A stretch of 64,000 nucleotides of DNA from Parcubacteria group bacterium (GTDB taxonomy: Bacteria > Patescibacteriota > Minisyncoccia > JACPHC01): NCBI GenBank assembly GCA_016188775.1, contig JACPHC010000007.1, positions 28,097 through 92,096 of the forward strand. Direction: 5' to 3'. The position numbers were made by a program, and so were the translations under genes. Numbering within the stretch: the stretch's first letter is position 1; the number at the start of each line of letters is the position of its first letter. This document shows positions 9,392 through 19,516 of this stretch, piece after piece. Below the pieces are notes generated by a model, which was given only the letters and a program-made list of their open reading frames with translations, ran no database searches and had not been told where the DNA came from.

Positions 9392-10171
9392 TTATTCCAC
9401 TTTACGTTTAAAAAGGGAACGGACAATAATAATAGTGAAAAGAGCGAATATCGTTAACAGAGCTGTCGCGGCAAGGGCGAGGAACGGATTCGCGTCTACA
9501 ACTCGGCTGGCGTATGTCGGCAGAATTTCTGTTTTGTAGGAGATCACTCCGGCAAAAATAAGCGAGCCGCCGAATTCTCCCATGGCTCTAGCCCACGAAA
9601 GAGTAAGGCCGGCTGTAATATCGCGGCGAGCTAGGGGGATAAGAACGCGAAAAAGGACATCGCGCGCGCCCGCGCCCAAAGAGCGCGCGACTAAATCCAA
9701 TTTGGAATTTTTTATTTCCCGAAATTTTCTCAAGGTGTATCCGATCGTGAACGGAGCGGAAACCAAGAGTTTGGCAATGACTACCGCGGTGAAAGTGAAC
9801 GCGATATTGATTGGCGAAGACGGCCCCAGCATAAAAAGGTAAATGACGCCGACTGCCACCGGCGGAAAAGTTTGGGGGATATCGATCAAGAGCGCTTCCA
9901 CGAAATTATTATAGCGAAAAGAGCTATAGGTGAGAAAATAGGCTACCGGTATGGCAAAAAAAGCGGTCAGCAACACCACGACAACGGCGGAAGAAAAACT
10001 GATGAGGAAAGCGGACCAAAACCTTCCATCTTGAAGAACGGCCGATGCCGCGTCAAACTTTACAAAAAAAACGACAAAAAGAAATAAATACGGGATAATA
10101 AACCAGGCAATCCAGCTCCATGACGATATTTTAATAAAGAAATTGGTTTTGTCTTTTTCAGTTCTGTTCAT
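9392..10171 (-). CDS. ABC transporter permease (CysTW/ModB family)
   Basis: EAA loop LSWARAMGEFGGSLIFAG; six transmembrane helices. Confidence 0.8.
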   Translation of the reverse strand: MNRTEKDKTNFFIKISSWSWIAWFIIPYLFLFVVFFVKFDAASAVLQDGRFWSAFLISFSSAVVVVLLTAFFAIPVAYFLTYSSFRYNNFVEALLIDIPQTFPPVAVGVIYLFMLGPSSPINIAFTFTAVVIAKLLVSAPFTIGYTLRKFREIKNSKLDLVARSLGAGARDVLFRVLIPLARRDITAGLTLSWARAMGEFGGSLIFAGVISYKTEILPTYASRVVDANPFLALAATALLTIFALFTIIIVRSLFKRKVE

Positions 10172-10379
10172 AAAAAATTATTTCAGACGCTTTTTTCACT
10201 CTGTATAAATAAAATTGATAAAATTTTTGAAATCATTAATTTAATAATTATTGTTTATTTTCAATAAAAATTGGCGGCGTCTGTTTGAAAATATCTCCGC
10301 CAGAGGCGGACAGGCGAACGGAACTGGCTGGGCCCCGCCTGCGTTGAAACTTCGGCGGGCAGGTTGGCGAATTCCTGAA

Positions 10380-11963
10380 CTATCTTTTATAAACGGTTGG
10401 AGAATTGAAAATTAAATTTTCGCTACAGCTTATTTCCTGATGTTCTATTTTTAAAGTTTGATTGTTTTGCAACTGCATCAATATTCTTCCGGAAATCGGC
10501 TTGGCGGAGCTTACTTGTTGGTGACTGCCGCTTTGATAGCAATATATTTGGCCGTCGGCTTTGACTTCGCTCGGTTCACGATTTACAAGTCCTTTGTATT
10601 GCGGCGTGAAATCAATCGAGCCATGATTCGCGATAACTCCCGCCACTCCAATTACGCCGATAGAAGGGTCGGTGTTGTTATGCACGATACCCATAAGGAT
10701 AAGATCATTCAATGAATCCGGCTGGCCTTGAGCTTTCCAGTTGCCCTGAATAGTGCCGGCTTTGTCCTGCATCACCTCGCCGCAGCGCGGCGGAACCTCG
10801 CGGTCAAATTTTTCGTAGAGCTGTTCTTTGAGAGGTGAAGGAAAGTAATCAATCGGGCATGTTGTGTACTGGAGCCGATTATCAAACTGTTCGCCCAGAA
10901 ATCCAAGCTTGGGTATGCGAAAATCATAGACACCCCAGTCTAAGGTCGCCCCGGGGTAGTCGGGTCCGCCGGCAGTGCCAATGATTTCTCCGGGCTTTGT
11001 TATATAATCTATACGATAACTCTTTAGAACGGTTTCTTGATTTCCCTCCATGTCGCTTGCCACAAGCTCTGTGTTTTTGGCATTTTGGACGGCTTGCTTC
11101 AGGGCATCGGAAATGGTCCCCATAGCTTCGAAGTAAAAAAGAACTTCCTTGCAGGGCGTGAACCCTATTGAGTAGTATTTGTCGTCAACAATTACGCCGT
11201 TTACTTTTTTGATAGTTTGACGTACGCCAATGATATGAACTGCGCCCGGCGCTTTGATGTCGGTTAAGATGGGACGCCCCGCGCCCTCGCCCATTTGTGG
11301 CAATAGGTACTCCATGTGATCCATAGGTATCGCATGATGCGGCGTTCCAATATGGCCTAAAGGAATAAGACGGTTTACCATAGAAACATCGATTGGAGAA
11401 TCGGTGAGAAGAATATTCCCGACGCAGGACGAAAGTTTTTCCGTAACGGGTTGATTATAAGTAAAGTCATTGCCTTTTGTGCCTTGGGTCGCGGGACAAT
11501 TTGCCATTATCCAATCTTGTTCGTCTTTAGCAAGCGGCCTTGAAATCCCATTTGTAATGGCCAAGGTCTGGAGACCCTCACGCATTCGTATTTCATCGGG
11601 ACAAGAGAAAGATTTAGACGAGGCTGCGTTCATTTGCTTTGGTGACGACACATTTGATTCGTTGAGTCGAGCTCTCGTTTTCGGGCCGACAACGCCAATT
11701 TGCTCGATCCCATATTTTGCTTGTAATTTTTTTACTGCTTTTTCGGTTAACGCGCCGAAATAACCGCTCACCAGCCCTTCTGGATAAATTTCAGGCATCG
11801 TTTTTAAAACCTGCTGGAGGCGTGCGACTTCATTGCCGGAAGATCCACGCTTTAAATATGATTGGAAAACTGAACTTTCAGCGTAAACTAGCGGGATTGC
11901 CGAAAAGAATAAGAGCAGCAATAAAGTTATGCAAATGAATTTCACGCGCGTTTTATTTCTCAT
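10380..11963 (-). CDS. secreted protein with an N-terminal peptidoglycan-binding domain and a large uncharacterised C-terminal domain
   Basis: Signal peptide; PG_binding_1-like GNEVARLQQVLK...GYFGALTEKAVKKLQ. GC content is clearly above that of neighbouring genes. Confidence 0.55.
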   Translation of the reverse strand: MRNKTRVKFICITLLLLLFFSAIPLVYAESSVFQSYLKRGSSGNEVARLQQVLKTMPEIYPEGLVSGYFGALTEKAVKKLQAKYGIEQIGVVGPKTRARLNESNVSSPKQMNAASSKSFSCPDEIRMREGLQTLAITNGISRPLAKDEQDWIMANCPATQGTKGNDFTYNQPVTEKLSSCVGNILLTDSPIDVSMVNRLIPLGHIGTPHHAIPMDHMEYLLPQMGEGAGRPILTDIKAPGAVHIIGVRQTIKKVNGVIVDDKYYSIGFTPCKEVLFYFEAMGTISDALKQAVQNAKNTELVASDMEGNQETVLKSYRIDYITKPGEIIGTAGGPDYPGATLDWGVYDFRIPKLGFLGEQFDNRLQYTTCPIDYFPSPLKEQLYEKFDREVPPRCGEVMQDKAGTIQGNWKAQGQPDSLNDLILMGIVHNNTDPSIGVIGVAGVIANHGSIDFTPQYKGLVNREPSEVKADGQIYCYQSGSHQQVSSAKPISGRILMQLQNNQTLKIEHQEISCSENLIFNSPTVYKR

Positions 11964-12156
11964 AAAATTATTTTACTAACTCTTTTATTGAAACGCTCAA
12001 TGCTTTGACAATATTATCGAGCCAATGACTTCGTTTTCCAACTGGCGGGACATTCGGGCTAAGTACCCGTGATATACAAGCAGTATAAGGCTTTTTTGAG
12101 CTCTTTTCCAAAACGTGATTTGATGGGGTTCAGTCGTGGTCGAAAACGAAAACTGC

Positions 12157-13665
12157 TTACGGAACTTTAACGAATTGAGGAAGCGTAGCATTGTCTGAAA
12201 TTTTTAAATTTTCTCCGGTAAGCGGATCTAACATCCAAAGCTGGGGAAAAGATGGATCGAGTTTTTCTCCCTTCACGAAATCGCGAGGCGCTACGCGGTA
12301 ATAGAACTTACCGCCATAACTTGAGGCAATCCCCCAAATAAACTGTTCCTCAAGAGGAATTTTAAGACCGCCAATTTTATATTCTTGCAATGTTCTCTTT
12401 GAAGTATCAATTACTGTCAGCCAACTTTGTTGTTTTTCATGTTGTACGTCCTTAATTCTATGAATAGCAAGAAAGCGGCCGTCCTTTGACCAGACAAACT
12501 CGCCAAATAAGCCGGAATATATACCACCCTTAACTTCAAAAAGGAAATTGCCGTCATCATCAAAAAACAATGCTTTCGGGGTTATATAATTTTCGCTTGC
12601 CAAACAACAGCCGCCGTTTACCACAAGTTTTTTGCCATCCGGAGACCACGCTGAAGCAGAAAAGTATTCCGCGCCATTGGCGAGCGACATGGTAAGAATA
12701 GTTTTTACTTGAGTTCCATCCATGCTTGCAAGCCTCACCGCGGCGTTCGCCGTGTACGCAAATTGCTTGCCATCGGGCGAGAAAATTGGCGGGGGCATTA
12801 ATCCCTTCGGAATCCGAGAGAAATCTCCATACGAATCAAATTTCTTAATAGTGTTTTTAACAATATCGAGCTCCCAGAAGAGAATAGTTTGTGTACGCAT
12901 TTGAGAATCTTCGGTCAGCGTACGCAGCAGCGCCTTTTTACCGTCCGGGTACCACGCTTCAAAATCAGCCTTCTCAAAACCCTCGGGAGTTTTTAATTTA
13001 AATAGAGCGGTGCCGTCGGTTTTGACAATATAGAGAGCGGTGGCAATGTCGGTCACCTGCGCTCTCAAGACAGGATCGTATCCTAGCGGTTTTTCTTTCT
13101 CGATGTTTTCAAAAACGATATATTCTCCATCAGGAGAAATGCTATAAATACCCGTAGCTTTCGCTCTGCTGGTTATTTTTTCCTGGGGCCTGAAGGCAAG
13201 ATCTCCCCTCCAGATCTCCCCTTCATTAATGTAGAAAACGCTTGTCGCATTATCTAGAACAGCGAAATCCGCGCTTAGAATGGCCGGCTCCGGAACATTT
13301 AAACGTTTTTTCCGAACCTCATCAAAATAAATGAGGGATTGCCCAGCATTCACGTCTCTGATTCCCACGCCGTAGTAGAAAAGCGGGAATTTTGTTTCGG
13401 AAGGATATTCTTCGAGGAAGGTCAAAGTTGTTGCGGCGCCTGTTTCTCTCTTGAGTTCGCTTCGCTCAATCACTCCCTCGAAGGATCGCCCGGGGGCGCT
13501 AGATTGCCACGTCAACCTCGGCAGTATGAGAAACTTTATCATCATAAAAAGAAGAAATAAAATCGCGGCAATGACGAGCATTGCGACGAGTAATCCGATC
13601 AACCATCTCTTTTTACGACGTTTCCGGTCGTCCCCCTTTTGATTGGGAAACTCGTTTTTCTGCAT
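12157..13665 (-). CDS. membrane-anchored TolB-like beta-propeller (PD40 repeat) protein
   Basis: N-terminal transmembrane helix; repeated SPDGK/WSPDGKK propeller motifs. High GC. Confidence 0.55.
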   Translation of the reverse strand: MQKNEFPNQKGDDRKRRKKRWLIGLLVAMLVIAAILFLLFMMIKFLILPRLTWQSSAPGRSFEGVIERSELKRETGAATTLTFLEEYPSETKFPLFYYGVGIRDVNAGQSLIYFDEVRKKRLNVPEPAILSADFAVLDNATSVFYINEGEIWRGDLAFRPQEKITSRAKATGIYSISPDGEYIVFENIEKEKPLGYDPVLRAQVTDIATALYIVKTDGTALFKLKTPEGFEKADFEAWYPDGKKALLRTLTEDSQMRTQTILFWELDIVKNTIKKFDSYGDFSRIPKGLMPPPIFSPDGKQFAYTANAAVRLASMDGTQVKTILTMSLANGAEYFSASAWSPDGKKLVVNGGCCLASENYITPKALFFDDDGNFLFEVKGGIYSGLFGEFVWSKDGRFLAIHRIKDVQHEKQQSWLTVIDTSKRTLQEYKIGGLKIPLEEQFIWGIASSYGGKFYYRVAPRDFVKGEKLDPSFPQLWMLDPLTGENLKISDNATLPQFVKVP

Positions 13666-13956
13666 ATGTTAAATAATATCTCGAATCGAAAAAGTCAGAC
13701 ACCCCCGCCAAAGGCGGTGGCTTGATGAGTAGAATCGTCTCAAAGACGATCGGCCACGCTTGACGCTAGTGGTTAATGTTTAGAAGGAACCCTCACGGCT
13801 CTCCTCTTGATTTTCAATATACTCCCGAACCTGTTCGACTTCAAATTCGGAACGACTTCGCGCTACCTATGCTATGGCTGCGCGCGAAGCAAAAACCTGC
13901 ACTGTAAGAATGGCTATATAAGGGAAGAGGAATTGATAGACTAACTGGTCAAAGTA

Positions 13957-14208
13957 ATGGATAAAATCGATATCAATGAAATAGGCATGCGGCGCAAATT
14001 CGAAGAAGAAGTATCACGGTTCATGAAATTCCAAAAGAGCTTTTTCACGGGCGCGAAGAAGTTGAAGCCGGAGAAGAATATAGACTTGCGGAGCTACGCG
14101 AAGTACCTGTTACGAGAAGGCAGTGTGATCGAGAAACGCGAATTGCTATCGTGCATCAAAAATAAACTCATCCTAACGCAGAAAGCTCTGACGATAGAGA
14201 AAAAGTAG
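13957..14208 (+). CDS. hypothetical small protein
   Basis: 83-aa ORF with no recognisable domain. Confidence 0.3.
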   Translation: MDKIDINEIGMRRKFEEEVSRFMKFQKSFFTGAKKLKPEKNIDLRSYAKYLLREGSVIEKRELLSCIKNKLILTQKALTIEKK

Positions 14209-14315
14209 AAAAAAATAATACAGCAGAAAAATCTGCTGTATTATTTTGTTTTCGCGTTGAGCGTTCCGGTCTCACTAACGCCATCAGCGAGTCGGTTCTC
14301 GATAGCGAAAATCGT

Positions 14316-14407
14316 TGGCGGTGGGCAGAGGATTCGAACCTCTGTGGGATTTTTTAGATCCCGACGGTTTAGCAAACCGTTGCCTTAAGCCACTCGGCCA
14401 GCCCACC
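14316..14407 (-). tRNA. tRNA-Ser (anticodon GCT), class II; CCA encoded
   Basis: GGTGGGC...ACGGT-TTGCTAA-ACCGT...long variable arm...CAGAGG-TTCGAAT-CCTCTG-CCCACC-G-CCA. Confidence 0.8.
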
Positions 14408-14461
14408 TTTATTTACCCATCATGTTTCAATTTACCCGATTTTTTATTTTTTGGCAATCGT

Positions 14462-14500
14462 AAAATCTATGGGAGTTCAACTCCCATAGATTTTTTTTAT
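14462..14500. terminator. bidirectional rho-independent terminator (atctatgggagt/actcccatagat) between tRNA-Ser and comF
   Basis: 12-bp perfect stem with T-tracts on both sides. Confidence 0.5.
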
Positions 14501-15207
14501 CGGGCAACAACGATTGCCCAGATTTGTTTGGCTCCGGCGGCTTTTAAAATAATAGCGCATTCTTCCAAAGTCGCGCCGATGGTGGAAATATCATCAACCA
14601 AAATTACGATTTTATTTTTGATTATCTCCGGTTTTTTGACAACAAAGGCGTTTTTGATATTTTCTTTTCGTTCTTCAATATTTTTGATTTCCGCTTGCGG
14701 GATGGTATTTTTAAAACGGATTAAAACTTCCGTCTCTAAAGGCAGACGAAAATTATGGGCGATAATTTTTGCCAAGAGCTCGCTTTGATTAAATCCGCGC
14801 CAGCTGTATCTTTGTTTTGAAAGAGGGACGGGGATAATTAAAAATTTTTCCGGCTCTAAATTTTTTGGAAAATAGTTTTTCAGAAAATTTACAAGAAGAT
14901 TGCCAAGCGGTTCGGATAAATCCTTAATAAAATTATATTTAAATTTTCGGATCGCTTTTTTGATAAATTCGTTTTCATAATGATAGCCGGCGAAAAATCT
15001 TCTTATTTTTGTTTTTCGCGAGCAATTTCGGCAGATTTTTCCCTCCGGCGATCTTTTTTGACAGACAAAACAATTAGGAGCGTTGGTCGGAATTTTGGCC
15101 GCGCAGTTTAAACAAAAATAGTTTCCCTCTCGGCCGCAAAAAATACAGGCTGCCGGGAAAAGCAGGTCAAGAATAAATTGATATGTGGATAAAATAGTTT
15201 CGCGCAC
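14497..15207 (-). CDS. comF: ComF-family competence protein (phosphoribosyltransferase-like, ComFC)
   Basis: N-terminal Cys4 zinc finger (CIFCG...CLNC) and C-terminal PRTase motif VILVDDISTIGATL. Confidence 0.75.
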   Translation of the reverse strand: MRETILSTYQFILDLLFPAACIFCGREGNYFCLNCAAKIPTNAPNCFVCQKRSPEGKICRNCSRKTKIRRFFAGYHYENEFIKKAIRKFKYNFIKDLSEPLGNLLVNFLKNYFPKNLEPEKFLIIPVPLSKQRYSWRGFNQSELLAKIIAHNFRLPLETEVLIRFKNTIPQAEIKNIEERKENIKNAFVVKKPEIIKNKIVILVDDISTIGATLEECAIILKAAGAKQIWAIVVAR

Positions 15208-15273
15208 TTTTTATTTATGGTATAATTAAAATAAGCGTTTCGCGCATTTTAAAAAAACGCTGTTTTAAAGTCA

Positions 15274-16347
15274 ATGTTTTTATTCGGCGGAAAAAAAAGT
15301 TTTTTAGGCATTGATATTGGCACGACTTCCATCAAGATGGTAGAATTGGAAAAAGATCGAGTTGCCCGTCTCGTTACTTATGGCGAATTGGTTTTCAGGG
15401 AAAGCGATTCGATCAAATTGCTTGAGTCGGAAATGGCCGATTTTGTCAGGAAAATTTTGAAAGAATCCGGAGCGGCCAGCAAATCAGCCGTGATGTCTAT
15501 TCCTCTTTTTTCGAGTTTTTTAACAGTCGTTGAATTGCCGGCCATGAGCCAAGCCGAATTGGTTAAAGCCATTCCTTTTGAAGCCAAGGAATTTATTCCT
15601 GTCCCGATTGACGATGTCGTTTTGGATTGGCAGATAATCAGGGAGAAATTTTTGCCCAATCCCCGCGGTCCAAAATTCGAGCCGGTTAAAAAAATCGATG
15701 TTCTTTTAATAGTCGTGCCCAAAGAAACTATTTCTCGATATACTCGGATTGCCGAAGAAGCCGGCCTTTCATTGCTGGCATTGGAAGTCGAGCCGTTAAG
15801 TTTGGGCCGTTTGATTAAATTGATTCGGGCCGATGAAAAAGATCCGGGACTGTCTCTTGTTTTGGATATGGGCGAGCGGTATACTAATATCAGTATCATT
15901 GATAAAGGATTGCCGGTTTTGACTCACAGTATCGAGATCGCCGGCAGGGAGCTGACTAAAGCCTTGGTTCAGTCGGTTGGCATTAGCTGGGAAAGAGCGG
16001 AAGAAATCAAGCGCGAGCAGGGCTTGTCCGGCCAAGGAGGGGAGGCGCCGCTTTCCGATCTTTTAATTACGATTACGGATCGTTTAATTGCCGAACTGGA
16101 GCGCGTTATTTCCGATTTTAAACAAAAAAATGAAAAGAAAATCGATAAAATATTTGTTGCCGGCGGATCAGCCGCTCTTCCCGGCTTATCGGATTATTTG
16201 AATAAAAAATTTTCCCTGGCAGTCGTCGCTTTAAATCCTTTTTCAAAAATTGACCACCCAACGGTTTTGGATTCGGCGCTTGATAAATACGGATCGACTT
16301 TAAGCATTGCCTCGGGCCTGGCTTTAAGGCAAATCATCGAATCTTAA
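15274..16347 (+). CDS. pilM: type IV pilus assembly protein PilM (actin-like ATPase)
   Basis: LGIDIGTTSIKMVEL with an ASKHA fold; located in the pilus locus. Confidence 0.85.
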   Translation: MFLFGGKKSFLGIDIGTTSIKMVELEKDRVARLVTYGELVFRESDSIKLLESEMADFVRKILKESGAASKSAVMSIPLFSSFLTVVELPAMSQAELVKAIPFEAKEFIPVPIDDVVLDWQIIREKFLPNPRGPKFEPVKKIDVLLIVVPKETISRYTRIAEEAGLSLLALEVEPLSLGRLIKLIRADEKDPGLSLVLDMGERYTNISIIDKGLPVLTHSIEIAGRELTKALVQSVGISWERAEEIKREQGLSGQGGEAPLSDLLITITDRLIAELERVISDFKQKNEKKIDKIFVAGGSAALPGLSDYLNKKFSLAVVALNPFSKIDHPTVLDSALDKYGSTLSIASGLALRQIIES

Positions 16348-16370
16348 TTATTTTCATTTTTTTTTGAAAT

Positions 16371-16913
16371 ATGGCTATAGATTTATTAAAAAAAACAGAA
16401 GAAGGGTCGGGAGTTTTGCGTTTACGCAGGGTTCCGTCGACTTTGTCCACTTTTTTAGTCAGTCTCGTGACTTTAGTTATTATCAGCTTCGTCGGTCTTT
16501 TAGGTTTTAATTTTATTTTTGATCTTAAAGTTAAAAGTCTTGAGAAGGATATCAGCGAGACTCAAGTTCCGCTAACGGAGGTGGAGAGAATCAATGAGGT
16601 GAAAAATCGTTTGGCCAGTCTTGATTTTTTAATTTCCAATCATCGCCATCCGACTAAATTTTTTAAGTTTATTCAAAAGAATGCCGAGCCTAAAATCAGA
16701 TTTATCACTGTTAACGTTTCCGAGAACGCGTTGATTCTTTCCGGCGAGGCGGAAAATTATTCAGCGCTGGCCAAACAACTTGTTGTTTTTGAAAATAGGG
16801 AAATAAGTCAAGGAGTAAAATCGGTCGAACTCATAAGCCAAGGCTTAGGCGCTCAAGGAAGAATCAATTTCAATTTCCGCCTGGAATTGGAAAAAATTTT
16901 TTTTATTGAATAA
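16371..16913 (+). CDS. pilN: PilN-like pilus assembly protein
   Basis: Single N-terminal transmembrane helix followed by a coiled-coil periplasmic domain, directly after pilM. Confidence 0.5.
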   Translation: MAIDLLKKTEEGSGVLRLRRVPSTLSTFLVSLVTLVIISFVGLLGFNFIFDLKVKSLEKDISETQVPLTEVERINEVKNRLASLDFLISNHRHPTKFFKFIQKNAEPKIRFITVNVSENALILSGEAENYSALAKQLVVFENREISQGVKSVELISQGLGAQGRINFNFRLELEKIFFIE

Positions 16914-16918
16914 AAATT

Positions 16919-17467
16919 ATGTTTTTAAGAAATTTTATCATTACGATTTTGAGTCTGGCTATTATCATTGGCGGTCCGGTTTTTTTATTGAAACCGCAAT
17001 CGGAAAAAGCTTATGAGCTTTGGGTTAGAAATCGGGTTTCGACCGAAGAGTTGAAATTGAAAAGACAAATACAAAATCAAAGCCAGGAATTATCCGGAGC
17101 GCTGGATCAGCACAAAGATGAAATAGAAAACCGGCTTAAAATCGCGATTCCGAAAACTCTTGATAAAGCGAGTTTATTGCCTCAATTTGAAACTTTGGCC
17201 GCCAGTAACGGTTTAAATCTCGGATCAGTCGGTTTTGGCAAAGAAGAAACGATTAACGCTTCAATGGGCCTTAAAGCAACGAGTATTGATTTGACAGTAT
17301 CGGGCAATTTGCCTTCTTTTAGGAAATTCTTGGAAAGCCTTGAACAAAATCTTCGGATTTTTGATGTTAATAATTTCAGTTTTACCGCGCCGGCCAAAAC
17401 CGAAGATTTAATGTCGTTCAATTTAAAAATGTCGGTTTATTTTCAAGGCCGTCCATTAATAAAATAA
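16919..17467 (+). CDS. pilO: PilO-like pilus assembly protein
   Basis: Transmembrane helix plus coiled coil, after pilN. Confidence 0.45.
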   Translation: MFLRNFIITILSLAIIIGGPVFLLKPQSEKAYELWVRNRVSTEELKLKRQIQNQSQELSGALDQHKDEIENRLKIAIPKTLDKASLLPQFETLAASNGLNLGSVGFGKEETINASMGLKATSIDLTVSGNLPSFRKFLESLEQNLRIFDVNNFSFTAPAKTEDLMSFNLKMSVYFQGRPLIK

Positions 17468-17469
17468 AA

Positions 17470-17769
17470 ATGGCTATCATTCCCACAACTTTAAAACAGC
17501 CTTTGATTAAAAGAGAACAATTATTATTCGTTCTTTTGGGCCTTTTTATCGGCGCCGGCGTTTTGGCTCTTTACATTGGCATTTCAATTTCTAAAAAAGG
17601 CGGCGAATTTCTCCGTTTCAGAACCGAAATTCCCCTTGAGGAATTAAAAATTGATTTTTTAATTCTTGAAAATAAAAAATTTAAAGATTTGAAACTTCCG
17701 ATTAATCTCCCGATAAAACCGGAAGGAGGAGGAAGAACGAATCTAGACGATCCATTTTTACCATTTTAA
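17470..17769 (+). CDS. small membrane protein, possibly PilP-like
   Basis: 99 aa, single transmembrane helix, position in the operon. Confidence 0.3.
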   Translation: MAIIPTTLKQPLIKREQLLFVLLGLFIGAGVLALYIGISISKKGGEFLRFRTEIPLEELKIDFLILENKKFKDLKLPINLPIKPEGGGRTNLDDPFLPF

Positions 17770-17770
17770 A

Positions 17771-19516
17771 TTGGCAAAAGAAAAAACATTTTTTGATATT
17801 TTAGAGTCCAAAGGTCTTTTAAAAAGAACCGAGATTGATTTTATCGCCAAAGAAGCGAAAGATAAAAATATTGACCCGGAAGAACTGCTGATTGATAAAT
17901 ATCGTTTTTCAGCCATTGAAATCGCTAAAGCCAAAAGCGAGCTTACCGGCGCTCCCTTTAAAGTCATTCGAGCCGAAATTCCATTTGATGTTTTGCAATT
18001 GATTTCGGAAGAAGCGGCTCGGCGTTATCGTTTTATCCCTTTGGCGAAAACGGATAATATTCTTGAAGTCGGCATGATTAATCCCGAAGACGTCAAAGCC
18101 CAAGAAGCGCTCAAATTTATAATTTTAAGAAGCGGTTTGACCCCCAAAATTTATATTGTCAGCCGTTCCGATTTTGAAGATGTTTTGAAACAATATCGCG
18201 GTTTAAAAGGCGAGGTCAAAAAAGCCCTGAAAGAATACACCAAAGAAGCGGCCGAGGAAGAAATAATTTTGCCAAAATCTCCCTTGATTGAGAATTTAGA
18301 AAGAATGGCGGTTGAGGCGCCGATAACGAAAATAGTCTCGGTTATTTTAAGGCACGCGGTTGAAGGCAACGCTTCCGATGTTCACGTTGAGCCGACCGAT
18401 AAACAGCTTCGGGTGCGTTTTCGGGTGGACGGCATTCTTTATACCAGTCTTTTGCTGCCGGTGGAAATTCATTCGGCCGTTGTTTCCCGCATCAAAATTC
18501 TTTCTAATCTTCAGATAGACGAGACGCGCAAACCTCAAGACGGCCGTTTTCACACCGTTGTTGAAGATAAAGAGGTTGATTTTCGGGTTTCCACTTTTCC
18601 CACCAGTTTCGGCGAAAAAGTGGCGATGAGAATTTTGGATCCAACCGTCGGTCTTAAGAGTTTCAGCGACCTCGGCCTTCTCGGACGCAATGCCGAGGTT
18701 TTGTTTGAAGGATTGAAGCGGCCGTTCGGCTTGATTCTTTTGACCGGGCCGACCGGTTCGGGAAAATCCACCACCCTTTACGCGATTTTACAGTTTTTAA
18801 ACAAAGAGACGGTTAACATTGTCAGTCTTGAAGATCCGATTGAGTATTTTTTGGCCGGAGTCAATCAATCTCAAATTAAACCCGAGATCGGCTACGATTT
18901 CGCCACCGGGTTAAGGCATATTTTAAGAGGCGATCCGGATGTTATAATGGTGGGGGAAATCCGCGATCGGGAAACGGCCGCTTTGGCGGTTCACGCCGCC
19001 TTGACCGGCCATCTCGTTCTTTCCACTCTTCACACCAATGACGCTTTCGGCGTCATTCCCCGGCTGATTGATTTGGGCGTTGAGCCTTTTTTAATACCCT
19101 CGACATTAACCATTGCCATGGCTCAAAGATTGATTCGACGGCTTTGTCCGGAGTCAAGGCAGGAGACTGAGGTTGACCCGGAAAAATCCTTGATGATTGA
19201 AAAAACTTTAGCCGATTTACCCAAAGAAATTAAAGAGAGCGTTAAAATTAAAAAAGGCGCCAAAGTTTATCGGCCATTGGTTTCGCCAACGTGCCCGAAA
19301 GGCACGAGAGGCCGAATTGGCATTTACGAGGTTTTGCGAATGACGCCGGGGTTGGAAAAAATTATTTTGGAAGAACCGTCGGAAGCTCGGCTGAAAGAAG
19401 AAGCTAAAAAACAAGGGATGGTTTCAATGTACGCCGACGGCCTTTTAAAAGCGCTGGAGGGCGTTATCAGTTTTGAAGAACTGCAACAGACTGCCCAAAC
19501 GCCGGATGCCGAATAA
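17771..19516 (+). CDS. pilB: type IV pilus assembly ATPase PilB (GspE family)
   Basis: N-terminal T2SS-E domain; Walker A GPTGSGKST; tetracysteine motif. Confidence 0.9.
   Translation: MAKEKTFFDILESKGLLKRTEIDFIAKEAKDKNIDPEELLIDKYRFSAIEIAKAKSELTGAPFKVIRAEIPFDVLQLISEEAARRYRFIPLAKTDNILEVGMINPEDVKAQEALKFIILRSGLTPKIYIVSRSDFEDVLKQYRGLKGEVKKALKEYTKEAAEEEIILPKSPLIENLERMAVEAPITKIVSVILRHAVEGNASDVHVEPTDKQLRVRFRVDGILYTSLLLPVEIHSAVVSRIKILSNLQIDETRKPQDGRFHTVVEDKEVDFRVSTFPTSFGEKVAMRILDPTVGLKSFSDLGLLGRNAEVLFEGLKRPFGLILLTGPTGSGKSTTLYAILQFLNKETVNIVSLEDPIEYFLAGVNQSQIKPEIGYDFATGLRHILRGDPDVIMVGEIRDRETAALAVHAALTGHLVLSTLHTNDAFGVIPRLIDLGVEPFLIPSTLTIAMAQRLIRRLCPESRQETEVDPEKSLMIEKTLADLPKEIKESVKIKKGAKVYRPLVSPTCPKGTRGRIGIYEVLRMTPGLEKIILEEPSEARLKEEAKKQGMVSMYADGLLKALEGVISFEELQQTAQTPDAE

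Noticed and set aside
14315-14788. 157-aa plus-strand ORF
   Set aside because: It is antisense to tRNA-Ser(GCT) and to comF and has a low-complexity composition. It is not supported.
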